64,000 bases of DNA from assembly GCF_001194135.2 (NCBI RefSeq), contig NC_068989.1, positions 34,902,292 through 34,966,291 of the forward strand. Reading direction: 5' to 3'. The position numbers and the translations under genes were made by a program. The notes beneath the pieces were generated by a model that saw nothing but the letters and a program-made list of their open reading frames with translations, was not told where the DNA came from and did not search any database. Every line of letters starts with the position of its first letter. The stretch's first letter is position 1. The stretch is from Octopus bimaculoides (lineage: Eukaryota). Positions 40,601 to 50,230 of this stretch are shown here, in pieces.

Positions 40601-43600
40601 CTTCAGGTCTCATTGTTGCTCGCTCTTTAAGATCAGCTCCTAAATGGGATAAATGTAAGAATCATCATCATCAAATGTCTATCTTCCAGGCTGGTATGGG
40701 TTGGACAGCTTGATAAGATTTGACAAGCCAGACATTCTCCAATGTCTGCTATGGCATGATTTCTATGACTGAATGCCCTTCATTGCACCAACTAATTCAC
40801 AGAGTGTACAGGGCACTAGTGAGGTCACTAAGTAACTCACAAGACAAAAACCCTCAACTGAGTGGGGGCTGTAGTATCGAAAGAGGTAGCTTTGTGCCAG
40901 ATGATGAAAGGTTAAGGTATTATAGGACAGGAACCGGTGTCATGTAGAGGATATACATGGCTACCCCAGCTGGAAAGAGGATAAAAAATAGAGGTGATGA
41001 GGAGTCAGGATATACTTTCAGGGTACAAGAAGTGAATATAAGATAGAATAGGGACTGGTGGATATCACAGAAAACAGGGAGAGGTGAATATAAGAGAGAA
41101 CAGGGAAACAAGGAGAGGTGGATATAAGAAAGAACAGGGACAGAGAATTGAGGATGGGGATAAAGGTGAATGTAGAACATGAGTGGAGACGTAGTCAATG
41201 GTGAGGGAGGAGGGGTGCTAAGTGGCAGTAATTATAGTGGGTTGGTGGAGAGCAACAGCATAATAAAACTGTAGATAGATACAAAATGAGGAGATGATGT
41301 GAAGGGTGAAGTTGAGAGGGGGAGGTCAAAAGGATGTAGGTGTGGATATAGTGAATGACAAACAAAGGTGGAGAGAATGTTGATGGCAGATATGAGAGTA
41401 ATTCAGAGAAAATATAGTGGCAAGGAAAAATATTCAAGAATGTGGGATGGGTGGCAAGGGAAGTGGTTCCAAGGAGGGGGATTACTGGTAGCACAAAAAG
41501 GGGATGTGTAGTTTAGCTCTCATATAATTACAGCAGCTGAGTGAATAGCACTATAGTTAGAAGAATGATGGAAAGCTGGGTGTTAAGAAGATGAGTTGTG
41601 GAGAAGGCGTGACAGGGGAAAGCTTGGATGCATTTTTTACTGGGATATATGAGTCTTCTTGAGCACAGTGAACTGCCAATCTTAGCCCTTTGTCACTTCC
41701 TTCATGAGGATCGATTAATGAATAATACTTGACGAAATCATTAAATTGATTTCTTACAGTTTCAAAACCTTATGATGTCAAGACAAGGAGACAGTAACAC
41801 ATACATGAAGCAGCCCATAATGTGTGTATCCATAATACACACACACGATGAGGTTCTTTCAGTTTCCATCTATCAAGTCCACTCACAAGGCTTTGGTTGG
41901 CCCAGGGCTATAGAAGAAGGCACATGCTCAAAGTGCACACAGTGAGACTGAACTTGTAACTGTGTGGCTGAGAAGTAACTTCTTAACCACAGAGTGATGA
42001 TTGTGTCTATATTAAACAAAATACATTATTTACATTTGACGGATATTTGTCCTTATCTTGTTTGTTGTTAACACGTTTTGGCAGATATACCCTCCAGCCT
42101 TCATCAGGTGCCTTGGGAAAATTTCGAACATGGGTTCTTATTCCTAAGGTATTTTTCGATGTTATTAATTATCATTATTCAGGTCACTGCCTAGAATCGA
42201 ACTCAAAATCTTGAAGTTAGTAGCCCGTGTTCTTAACCACTATGCCATATGCCCGTGGGCATATGGCGTAGTGGTTAAGAGTGTGAGCTACTAACTCCAA
42301 GACTCTGAGTTCGATTCCAGGCAGTGACATGAATAACAACAACAATAATAATAATATCAAAAAATACCTTAGGAATGAGAACCCAGGTAATGACTGATCC
42401 CTTCTAAAAATTACTGGCTTTGTGCCAAAATTGGAAGCCATTATTATTGTAGAGGTACAATACTGAACCCTGGTAGACCCAGCTGTAGTGTGTTGATGAG
42501 TGTAGGCTTACCTATAAGCAGTGGTGGGCACAGCTAACCAAACTGACTGACATCAGTGCCAGTAGTTTAGGCAAACAGCTCACCCATGCTGGGATGGCAT
42601 GCTTTCTTTGCACATGGCTGTGATGACTGGCTACTGGCACTGCTACCAGAAGATTGTCTGTGTTTCCCACAGGAAGAATTGGCCTTGATCCTCTCCTCAA
42701 GCTGAATGACATGTACTGGGTATTTCCTCTTGATATGCAACTTATCCCGTGATGGTGTCCCCTTGGGCTGGCACATGATGCACTGGAAGTACAGAATTTT
42801 GATGTTCCTCTTATCCTTTGATGTAAGGACAAAGTAGTCCTCCACATGGGGCCTTGGGTTCTGAGACTCTTGGCTCTCAACCTGAGTAACCTCTGCCTCA
42901 CCCACAGCCATTGCAGACTCCTCAACAGGCCCTTCATCCTCAGGCTGAACAAAAATGTCTTCACCTTCCATAACGATAAGCAATAACTTGATAAGCCGAT
43001 AATGTACCCTACAGTTGCTGGCATTGTAAGACTGTCTGTAATGTGGCAATGTTATAAGTGAACACAACTCAAAACTGCAGAATTACACAATGCTGCTCAG
43101 CTAGCTGCTACTGCGTTGATTAATCATGGCTTGTCATGATTGACTAAAACATAGTCAGCCAATAGCGTACCTGACAGACTCCTCAAGACACGCCCCCAAC
43201 AGACAGGAACAAACATATGAATTTTCTTAGTGGACTTAAAGTTAGCGAAACTAAGTTTAGCAGAAGCTAATTGGTCCACTAACAGTTTCCACAGTTAGTG
43301 AACACGCTAAACAAAAAGTTAGCTTTGCTAATTAGCTGTTAGCGGATTAGTGGAACCATGCCCACTACTGCCTATAAGGTATATTAATCTTTCGAGGCAA
43401 AGCGACTGAATAAAGTGTTTAGTACAGGATCTATGAGATAGAAAACAATAGATTAAGAGTAAATACAATGATACGTAGAGTAATACCTTCACAATACAAT
43501 ACTACAACATCTAAAAATAAAAGATTTCAATGAATAGCAACTGAAGAATTACCTGCACAAAAGATCCCTGGAACACTGCTGCGAATGATTAATGTTCTGA

Positions 43601-46600
43601 TAGACTTGTCAAATTTCACAGTTTCTATGGCAGTGGTTAACTGTAAAACAAATTGAAACTCCTTCCATAGATAACTTTGATTACACAATAAACAGTTTCT
43701 ATTGACTTCTTACAATTTGTTGAGTAAGTTGACCATTTAAGTCTTAGAACAAAAATGAAACGCTCATGCTCTTGATGTAGCAGGTTGTGTAAAAGAATAC
43801 TGAATGTAATCACTTCTCAAATGCACAAACATTACAAAATGGCTGTGTGATCATAAGACGATGAACTACAGATCAAATGAATATTGAGTTCAAACCTTAC
43901 TACAACCACCATCAAGTGATTTCTGAATGAGTTGTATTATTCTTCTTGTGACAGTTTTACTGGTTGATATTTTAGAAATTTTTCTCTACATTTGGCTAAT
44001 TAGCAATGTAGTAGGAAACACCTAACTGTAAAGACAATTGACCTAGCATATGCCCAAATTTGCAAAACTATTCCACTAGCATAGAAAATCTTTATATAAT
44101 AATAATAATAGAGATAAAAGTTGGTTGTTTGATTTCTCCAGTCATGCTTTACACTTTACACCATATAGAGGGATGGGAAGAAAGCGTAAAAGAGATACAA
44201 AAAGAGGTAACATAAGAGGTGCAAGATGAGAGCATATACTAGGCTTGAAGGCAAGCAATGAGTAAAGGAATGCTACACACATGGAGTAAAGGAAGAAACA
44301 TAGAGATAGAGAAGGAGGAGAGGGAATGCCAAAGTACTTATGGGAAGAGTTAAACCTGAATTCATTTCAACATTCTGTATAAGCACCAAGAAATTTGATA
44401 AAAGTTAAATTATAATTATTATATTAATACCATATTTCCTGATATTATCCATGGTGTCAAAAGCATACTTCTGAAGTTATCCATTATATGATGGGGATAG
44501 ATTTAGATATATATAATATGTAAAAACTAACACTTCCTTTTTCTGAGCTGAGATTCGAAACCGAATCTAAGGATTCTCGCTTGTCTGATCCACCACTGGC
44601 CAAACAGGTGCGAAAGAAATTTCTTTGTCCTGTCAAAAATTGATGGATGGGTTTCCCTTCGACCTGAGCTGTGTCATTTAAGGTTCAAGTGGACAGGAGG
44701 TGACTTACATAGGTAGAAATTACTCCTGTGGTATGTCTGTCCTTCTAGCTGTCATGACCATTATAAATACAGTCAGACACACAACAGATGGGGAGGTAGC
44801 CATCACCAGGCAAACGGTCAAGAGACAAGCAGACAGCTAACAGTTAACTTGCGCCAGTCAAGCAGCCAACACAGAACCACATATTCTGCATGAACAATCC
44901 AACACAATTGCAGTCACAGAACATAAACAGACATGACCGAATGACCGACGCAAACACAGACACAAAACATGCCCAGTTCTATCTCATCAAATCGACGCAG
45001 TATTTCCTCTGTTTATTTTCTACTTCACCAACTCGAAGCAAGTTGGTAATGTCATGTAGCGGATTTTCTAGTGTATACAACACATAAATGCAAGTGTCGA
45101 TTAAATAAATTATTTAACCCTTTAGCATTTAAACCGGCCATATCCGGCCAAAAGTATTCTGCCTATTCTATGTTCAAACTGGCCAGATCTGGTCTCTCAC
45201 ACCAACCCTACAATATCGTTTTAAAAATTAACAGCTACTTCATCAAAATCTCATAGCTACGAGATAATGCATGATTAGTTCAAAACAATGTGGATAAAAA
45301 AGCATTAATTATGGCAGAATAATATGAACACTAAAGGGTTAAAGCACAATCCAATACTTTCCTATTGTTTTACTTTGATGTCATCCGCATGCGTATTTCA
45401 TCTGCTACCTCAACAACAACTTTTGCTACATCACCCCACTCCAAATATATAAAATATCCTTTTAGCAATCTCAATAGATTCTAATATGACTTTAAAGCTA
45501 AATGAATAAGTTAATAGCAGACTTATTGTGTTTAGGGATATTTGGGAGTACCTGGGGGATGGGGTCAAAGTTAATTTGGATCAAGGATAACTGTCAGGTA
45601 GGAAAAACAAGATATTTCCAAAAAGCAAAGCTATTTTAATGGATCTGGATAACAGATGGAAAATTTACCTCATTAATCATACTTTTACTGAAGGAATTTT
45701 TAGCTTTTGGTCGGTTCATTGAAAAAACAGCAATACCTGGAACAAAGAAATATGAAACAAAGAATTAACTGGAAAGTAATAGAGATATTTTCAATTGATT
45801 TAAAAACAGAAACTTTCTTAATTAGCTAAATTTAGAAACCTCATCATTACCATGATCCATCTGAATCTTCAACAAAATGGCAGAGCTTTGTGGAAATTCT
45901 ATCAGCTGGACTGTAGATAGAAGAGTTAAAGAAAAAAAAGAAAAAACAAAAGCATTGGTAGTCGGAACTTTGAGCTTGAACTGTATCAATGCTGATTTTG
46001 ATTTTCTATAAAGTTTTTATCAACTTAAATTCTATTTATTTCTTTTTCCATCATCCTTGTTTTAAATGTCCATTTTTCATGCTTGGAAGGATTGGATGGG
46101 ATTTCTTGAGGTAGTTTTTCTATGGTTGAAAGCCCTTCCTGTCACCAACCCTCACCTGCTTCTAAATAAGGTAATATTTCCCATGACGAAACATGTTTTT
46201 CATAGAGGACTGGAAACAAACAACATCACTTGTATGAGAGTGATGCATCTTTGTGTCATGTAATGTTAAGAAGAGGGTGCACATTTACATGTACACCTAC
46301 ACACACGATAATGATAAGCTTTCTCCAATTTCAATCAAACAAGTCCACTTACAAGTCTTTGGTTGGTCTGGGGTGCCCTGAGTTCCATGCAGTGGGATTG
46401 AATTAAAAATCATTTGGTTCTCAATCATACTGCAGCATTATGCTTCAGAAATCTGTTAGGTAGATGACAATCCTAAAACTGTTGTTTTAAGTAGAATTGT
46501 GTTGAGGAAAGATTCCAACCACTCCCATGTGACTAAAAGTGGACTGACAGATTTCAATAAAATAAAGAACCACTGAGTTGACAGAAGCAATTGATCGTGA

Positions 46601-49378
46601 GCAGTTGGTAGAGTGTTGAGCCTTGTGTAAGAGTAATGGTTATTGTGTCGTATGAATATTTTCTTTCCCCCACCGCTTCGTTAAATTATGTGAGTGGGTG
46701 TTATCATTTTTTAGCAAAACGTGTGACAGTCAGTAATATGATGCAGTACAGGAAGTTATTAAACACCTTGTAAATCAATATGCAAAGGTTGCTACAATAT
46801 ACATTCAAATAACCATGCTAAATTCAATTGGTACAAACATTAGTTTCATTCAAGAATGTCATAATGAAGAAAGTCAACTGTGTGCAGAAAGAATCAGAAG
46901 GCAATAATTTCTTGTTATGTTCTAATAAAACAATTTATTTTACAGACTTTTAGAATGCTGGACAATTGTGTGCAACAAGGACTTTTACTGTATACAAACA
47001 TTAAATTTTAGACCTCAGTCTGATGAGAATATAGTGGAAGATATGAATAGATTTGGTTTCACTTACTACATTTTTACATGAGCTCAACTGCCTTAAAGAT
47101 GAAGCAGGATATAAATTCCATTGTACAGATGCTAGTACTGCTGAAGAGATCAAATGCCACAAGCCAGATAAATTGGTATAAATAAACTCATTGCAGCATA
47201 GAACTTGAATGTCAAGTGAAAAATTGGGTACGATGAGTCAGAGTTGCTCAGGATAACTTATCAACCCAGTGAACATAATAACCAGGAAAGCGAACAGGTT
47301 ACTTTCCATGTTCTGGATGAGGCTGATAGAATGAGAAGCTTCAAATGACATGGTCGACTGTCCAACGTACTAGCAGCAACTGAATTAACATTCTGTTTGA
47401 AGGTGTGTTCTAGCCTAGGACAGAAGTTGTTGTCTGAATCCATACAATGCCAACCCTGTCTGGTTAGCATCTATCCAAACAACTAACTCATGCTCCAGTA
47501 AAAAAAAAATAGTTTGATCATGTCATACTACTGTATGGAAGCGTATCGACACCCACATTGTATTTTCTAGTTTCTGAAATTAAAAAAAAATAAATAAATG
47601 CGCCCTTTTAAAGCCTAGCCAGGCTCATGGGCCCGGTTTCTCGGTTTCAATGGCGTATGTGTTCCCCAGCTGGATGGGATGCCAGTCCATCACAGCGTTA
47701 CTCATTATTTTTCCAGCTGAGTGAACTGGAGCAACATGAAATGAGGTGTTTTACTCAAGAACACAATGCGTCGCCCGGTCCACGAATCGAAACCACACTC
47801 TTACGATCATGGTGCTGACACCCTAACCACTAAGCCACGCGCCTCCACTTTCCAAATTTTTAAGTCAGTAATATTAAAGTTATCTCCCTTGCTTTTTTGG
47901 AAAAAAAATTTTAAACGTGGTTTTATCGGATTGGCAACTCTCACCCTCTCTTCAGTATCATGTCGCACCACTACAAGAAATGTGTTCTGTTCTGGTCCTT
48001 TCTGTCATACCTTAACCTCTCATCTCCTGGCATAAAGTTGTCTTCCTCTCTACCGTAGGCCTACTTAGTTAAAGAGAGGGGGTGTTGGTCTTGCAAGCTG
48101 TCCTCACAGTGTTTGGTATTAGGAAGGGCATGAAACCATACTGGAGCACAAAGATGTACTCAGACCCACTAAGTGCAGTCAAACATAGCTACTCACATTT
48201 TAGAAGAGAGGATGGAGTGGTATCGGGGTCAAGCATGGGAGAGATAATAATAAAGATTATGAGGTGTCTGTGTGGATCCTCAAGTTATGAGGCGAGTAAG
48301 TGAATGGGAGAAGAACTGGGAAAGTGGGTGGATAGCGATTGCAAGTATGTATGGGAGAGTAAGAAATGGGTGAGAAGGTGAATACAGTGTTGAGTAGATA
48401 AGTAAGTGAGGTATTGAAGAGGTGACAACTGAACTGTAGAGATTGGACAGGGTTGAAGGGTGGATGGGGTAGAATGACCAATGATGCATGAGGGCGGATA
48501 GAAAGAATAGTTTCACTGTCTTCCCAAGACTGGAACTCCAATTACTTGAAGTTATCAAAAACACTTCTCAAATTTATAGACTACCATAAAGCAATATGGA
48601 GGCTGGTTTCACAACTCAGTTTTGGTTCCTATCTGTAATTATTTGATATCCAAAGGGATATCATAGAGACACACTTTTTTTCTCATTCCCTGAAATTCTG
48701 TCTCCATAAACTTGTGTTTCAGCAACTCACAGATAATGCAAGTCGAAGAGCTGAGTGAGAGAGTGAGGAGTAAAACCCAGGTCCACCATACTCTGATGCA
48801 AAATCACTAATGTTGGAACCTTTACATGGTCCTTTGATCTGCAAGTAACAACAGGCAGATTACTCTCAAACCATATACTATCATCTTGAAGGTAGGTGTC
48901 ATATAATTTAGATAATAGTTCTGATGTAGTGTCTGAAAATAAGATGGGATGGTCATGGCTGGAATGTCTTTGATTATTGGTTTGCTCAATCAGAATAGAA
49001 AGAAACTGCTATAAAAAATAATCAATTTCCCTTAAATCACACTCTAACATAGAACAATATAGTTACAGATTACAAAGGCAGGATGGCTACTGTTGGTATA
49101 CCTTCGATCATAGGTATGATCAATGGGAACTAATCTAGGGTTAAACAGCAACAAATAATCAGATACGAACAAATGATTCTCTACGTTGTTTAGCCAACCA
49201 CAAGTCAAAACTTGATCGAGCAGAGATATGATCAAAGACGTTCCAACCATGATCATCATTGTCGGATGTGTACTTTTTTTTTTTAAAGAAAGATGGTCGG
49301 AAGTGATCTGAAGGACATTTTTGGTTGCAATACTGGATAAATTTTCAGATTAACACCCGCACGATTTTCACTAGGGTG

Positions 49379-49415
<37 letters not shown>

Positions 49416-49868
49416 AATTCCGTCCCTAACCCTAACATCCTAGTGAAAATCGTGCGGGTGCTAATCTGAAAATTTACCCAATACTGTGACAGGTGAAGAG
49501 AACATGTGGCGGTTGCCGACACCCATCTAAATAACAAGAGTCAAAAGGTCAGAGGAGAAACTGATGCTAATAATAATTATCAAACGAATTAACCAAAGAC
49601 AAACATCCAGACTTAAATATTGAGTAAATCAATAAAAACAACCCCAATCAAAACCTAAAACGACTTGCATAACTGATAAAACATCTGTAAATCGCCCTTG
49701 TATGTACAAACCTTCATTGTCGTGGGTCAAATATTGTAGGTCTAGTACTTTGCTGGGTTCAACGGCAGTACTTAAGCATCTTAGTGTTGTACGTCTATCA
49801 AAGCATCTCTGGAGCCGAAATTGTCTATTTCGATATAATATCGAACATAACAGTCGACAGTTATTCAT
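25547..49868 (-). CDS. AUH: Methylglutaconyl-CoA hydratase, mitochondrial (AUH), complete 9-exon CDS, 304 aa
   Basis: Exons 49868-49712, 45736-45669, 43640-43553, 40639-40460, 39475-39419, 33151-32964, 30567-30517, 29141-29094, 25624-25547 (915 nt), all GT-AG and phase-consistent. Crotonase motifs [44 protein letters not shown] and C-terminal [20 protein letters not shown] are present, with an Arg-rich N-terminal transit peptide. ECHDC2 is the close paralog; the AUH call rests on motif resemblance. Confidence 0.93.
26178..26730 (+). mobile_element. maT/DD37D-like Tc1-mariner element, internally deleted and 3'-truncated
   Basis: TA-CAGGGTGC terminal repeat; [27 protein letters not shown] in shifted frames. 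Confidence 0.8.
26731..28620. repeat. Large inverted duplication made of two partial-tandem copies (~696-bp period)
   Basis: 26731-27614 is largely the reverse complement of ~27650-28510. The internal direct repeat AGGCTATATTTTGCT occurs at 27615 and 28311. Confidence 0.9.
29094..29141 (-). CDS. AUH: AUH exon 8
   Basis: [16 protein letters not shown]; 48 nt. Confidence 0.92.
29200..30418 (+). mobile_element. Mariner (Mos1/SETMAR-like, DD34D) transposon, decayed
   Basis: WVPHKL, VTGDEK(stop), [14 protein letters not shown] motifs with stops; right TIR-like end ...TTTATGGGATGAACCAATA. Confidence 0.88.
30517..30567 (-). CDS. AUH: AUH exon 7
   Basis: [17 protein letters not shown]; 51 nt. Confidence 0.93.
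32964..33151 (-). CDS. AUH: AUH exon 6
   Basis: [63 protein letters not shown]; 188 nt. Confidence 0.95.
33590..33790 (+). mobile_element. tRNA-derived core SINE
   Basis: GGGTTCAAAT B-box-like motif followed by GTCAACTTTGCCTTTCATCCTTT core; related reverse copy near 52290-52440. Confidence 0.6.
35410..37530 (+). mobile_element. 5'-truncated RTE-clade LINE (RT domain, long repeat-containing 3' UTR, (GAT)n tail), antisense in AUH intron 5
   Basis: [64 protein letters not shown]; a stop near 35755; tail GATGATGATG. Confidence 0.93.
38283..39292 (+). mobile_element. Mariner (DD34D) transposon, decayed, spanning a small gap
   Basis: [33 protein letters not shown] (HTH), [28 protein letters not shown]-like motif. 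Confidence 0.88.
38721..38782. other. Assembly gap (62 N)
   Basis: Run of N. Confidence 1.
39419..39475 (-). CDS. AUH: AUH exon 5
   Basis: [19 protein letters not shown](G); 57 nt; contains the second catalytic Glu. Confidence 0.94.
40460..40639 (-). CDS. AUH: AUH exon 4
   Basis: [60 protein letters not shown]; 180 nt. Confidence 0.95.
42131..42385. mobile_element. Palindromic element made of two back-to-back tRNA-like heads
   Basis: ~125-bp arms around the centre GCCATATGCCC-GT-GGGCATATGGC. The right arm has A-box TGGCGTAGTGG and B-box GAGTTCGATTCC; the left arm is the mirror copy. Confidence 0.85.
42519..43370 (-). mobile_element. Internally deleted hAT transposon with a BED-finger remnant (852 bp)
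   Basis: TIRs CAGTGGTGGGCA / CAGTAGTGGGCA and a perfect 8-bp TSD CCTATAAG (42511-42518, 43371-43378). The minus ORF contains [16 protein letters not shown]. Confidence 0.88.
43553..43640 (-). CDS. AUH: AUH exon 3
   Basis: [29 protein letters not shown](G); 88 nt. Confidence 0.93.
45118..45338. mobile_element. piggyBac-like MITE (221 bp)
   Basis: TTAA-CCCTTTAG ... CTAAAGGG-TTAA termini. Confidence 0.8.
45669..45736 (-). CDS. AUH: AUH exon 2
   Basis: [23 protein letters not shown]; 68 nt, AG/GT bounded. Confidence 0.92.
47030..47390 (+). pseudogene. Possible highly decayed DEAD-box helicase retrocopy fragment
   Basis: Exact [12 protein letters not shown] at 47298-47333. Frameshifted traces of VAxPGxLIN lie upstream and TWxxVQRLA downstream. 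Confidence 0.4.
47596..47850 (-). mobile_element. tRNA-derived core SINE
   Basis: Minus strand begins GGAGGCGCGTGGCTTAGTGGTTAGGGTG (A box) with GTTTCGATTCG (B-box-like), then the core CTTGAGTAAAACACCTCATTTCA. Confidence 0.8.
49335..49479. mobile_element. 145-bp MITE-like hairpin with telomeric (TTAGGG)n core
   Basis: ~55-bp terminal inverted repeats, flanking direct repeat AATACT (49329-34, 49480-85), six TTAGGG-type units facing two CCCTAA units. Confidence 0.85.
49712..49868 (-). CDS. AUH: AUH exon 1 (mitochondrial transit peptide)
   Basis: [52 protein letters not shown](G), donor gtttgt. The phase matches exon 2. The exact start ATG is inferred. Confidence 0.8.
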
Positions 49869-50195
49869 GTTTCTTTTATATTTTGTTTTGATCACAGGTT
49901 ACAATTAGAGAACAAACACATACACATGTTCAACAAGAATGAAAGAATCAAAGGTTATGGTTTGTAAGAAAAACCGGGCAGGATATCCGAGAAGCTATAT
50001 GAGTGTAAATTAAATCGCTAATAACTTATTAATGTTCGATATTAATATGAATAGCTCATAAATATATAACCTATATATATATGGACATTTTAGTTTTACA
50101 AATGAGAAAATTTTTATCTAAAATAAAAATATTTTATTAATAAGCACGGGTTCTTTTCACTTTTGTAAATCCAATTTTCAACTATACTCGCTATA
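49869..50195. promoter_or_regulatory. Putative bidirectional promoter shared by AUH and PARL
   Basis: Only 327 bp separate the divergent start codons. TSS positions are not visible in the sequence. Confidence 0.65.
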
Positions 50196-50230
50196 ATGGC
50201 AGCTTCCAGGTTGGGGAGTTTATGTTCGCT
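50196..50230 (+). CDS. PARL: PARL exon 1 (start of presequence)
   Basis: ATG GCA GCT TCC AGG... MAASRLGSLCS(L), donor gtatgt. Phase 2 matches the acceptor at 54200. Confidence 0.75.

Noticed and set aside
42256-42330. tRNA-like sequence as a real tRNA gene
   Set aside because: No clean cloverleaf or acceptor stem and no T-run terminator. It is one arm of a palindromic repeat.
44518-45082. Possible solo LTR (TGTA...CAACA with TATAAATA)
   Set aside because: No target-site duplication and no partner LTR in the window.
49379-49435. Head-to-head telomeric repeats as a chromosome-fusion scar
   Set aside because: Very short, enclosed by non-telomeric TIRs and a TSD inside an intron; better explained as a MITE.
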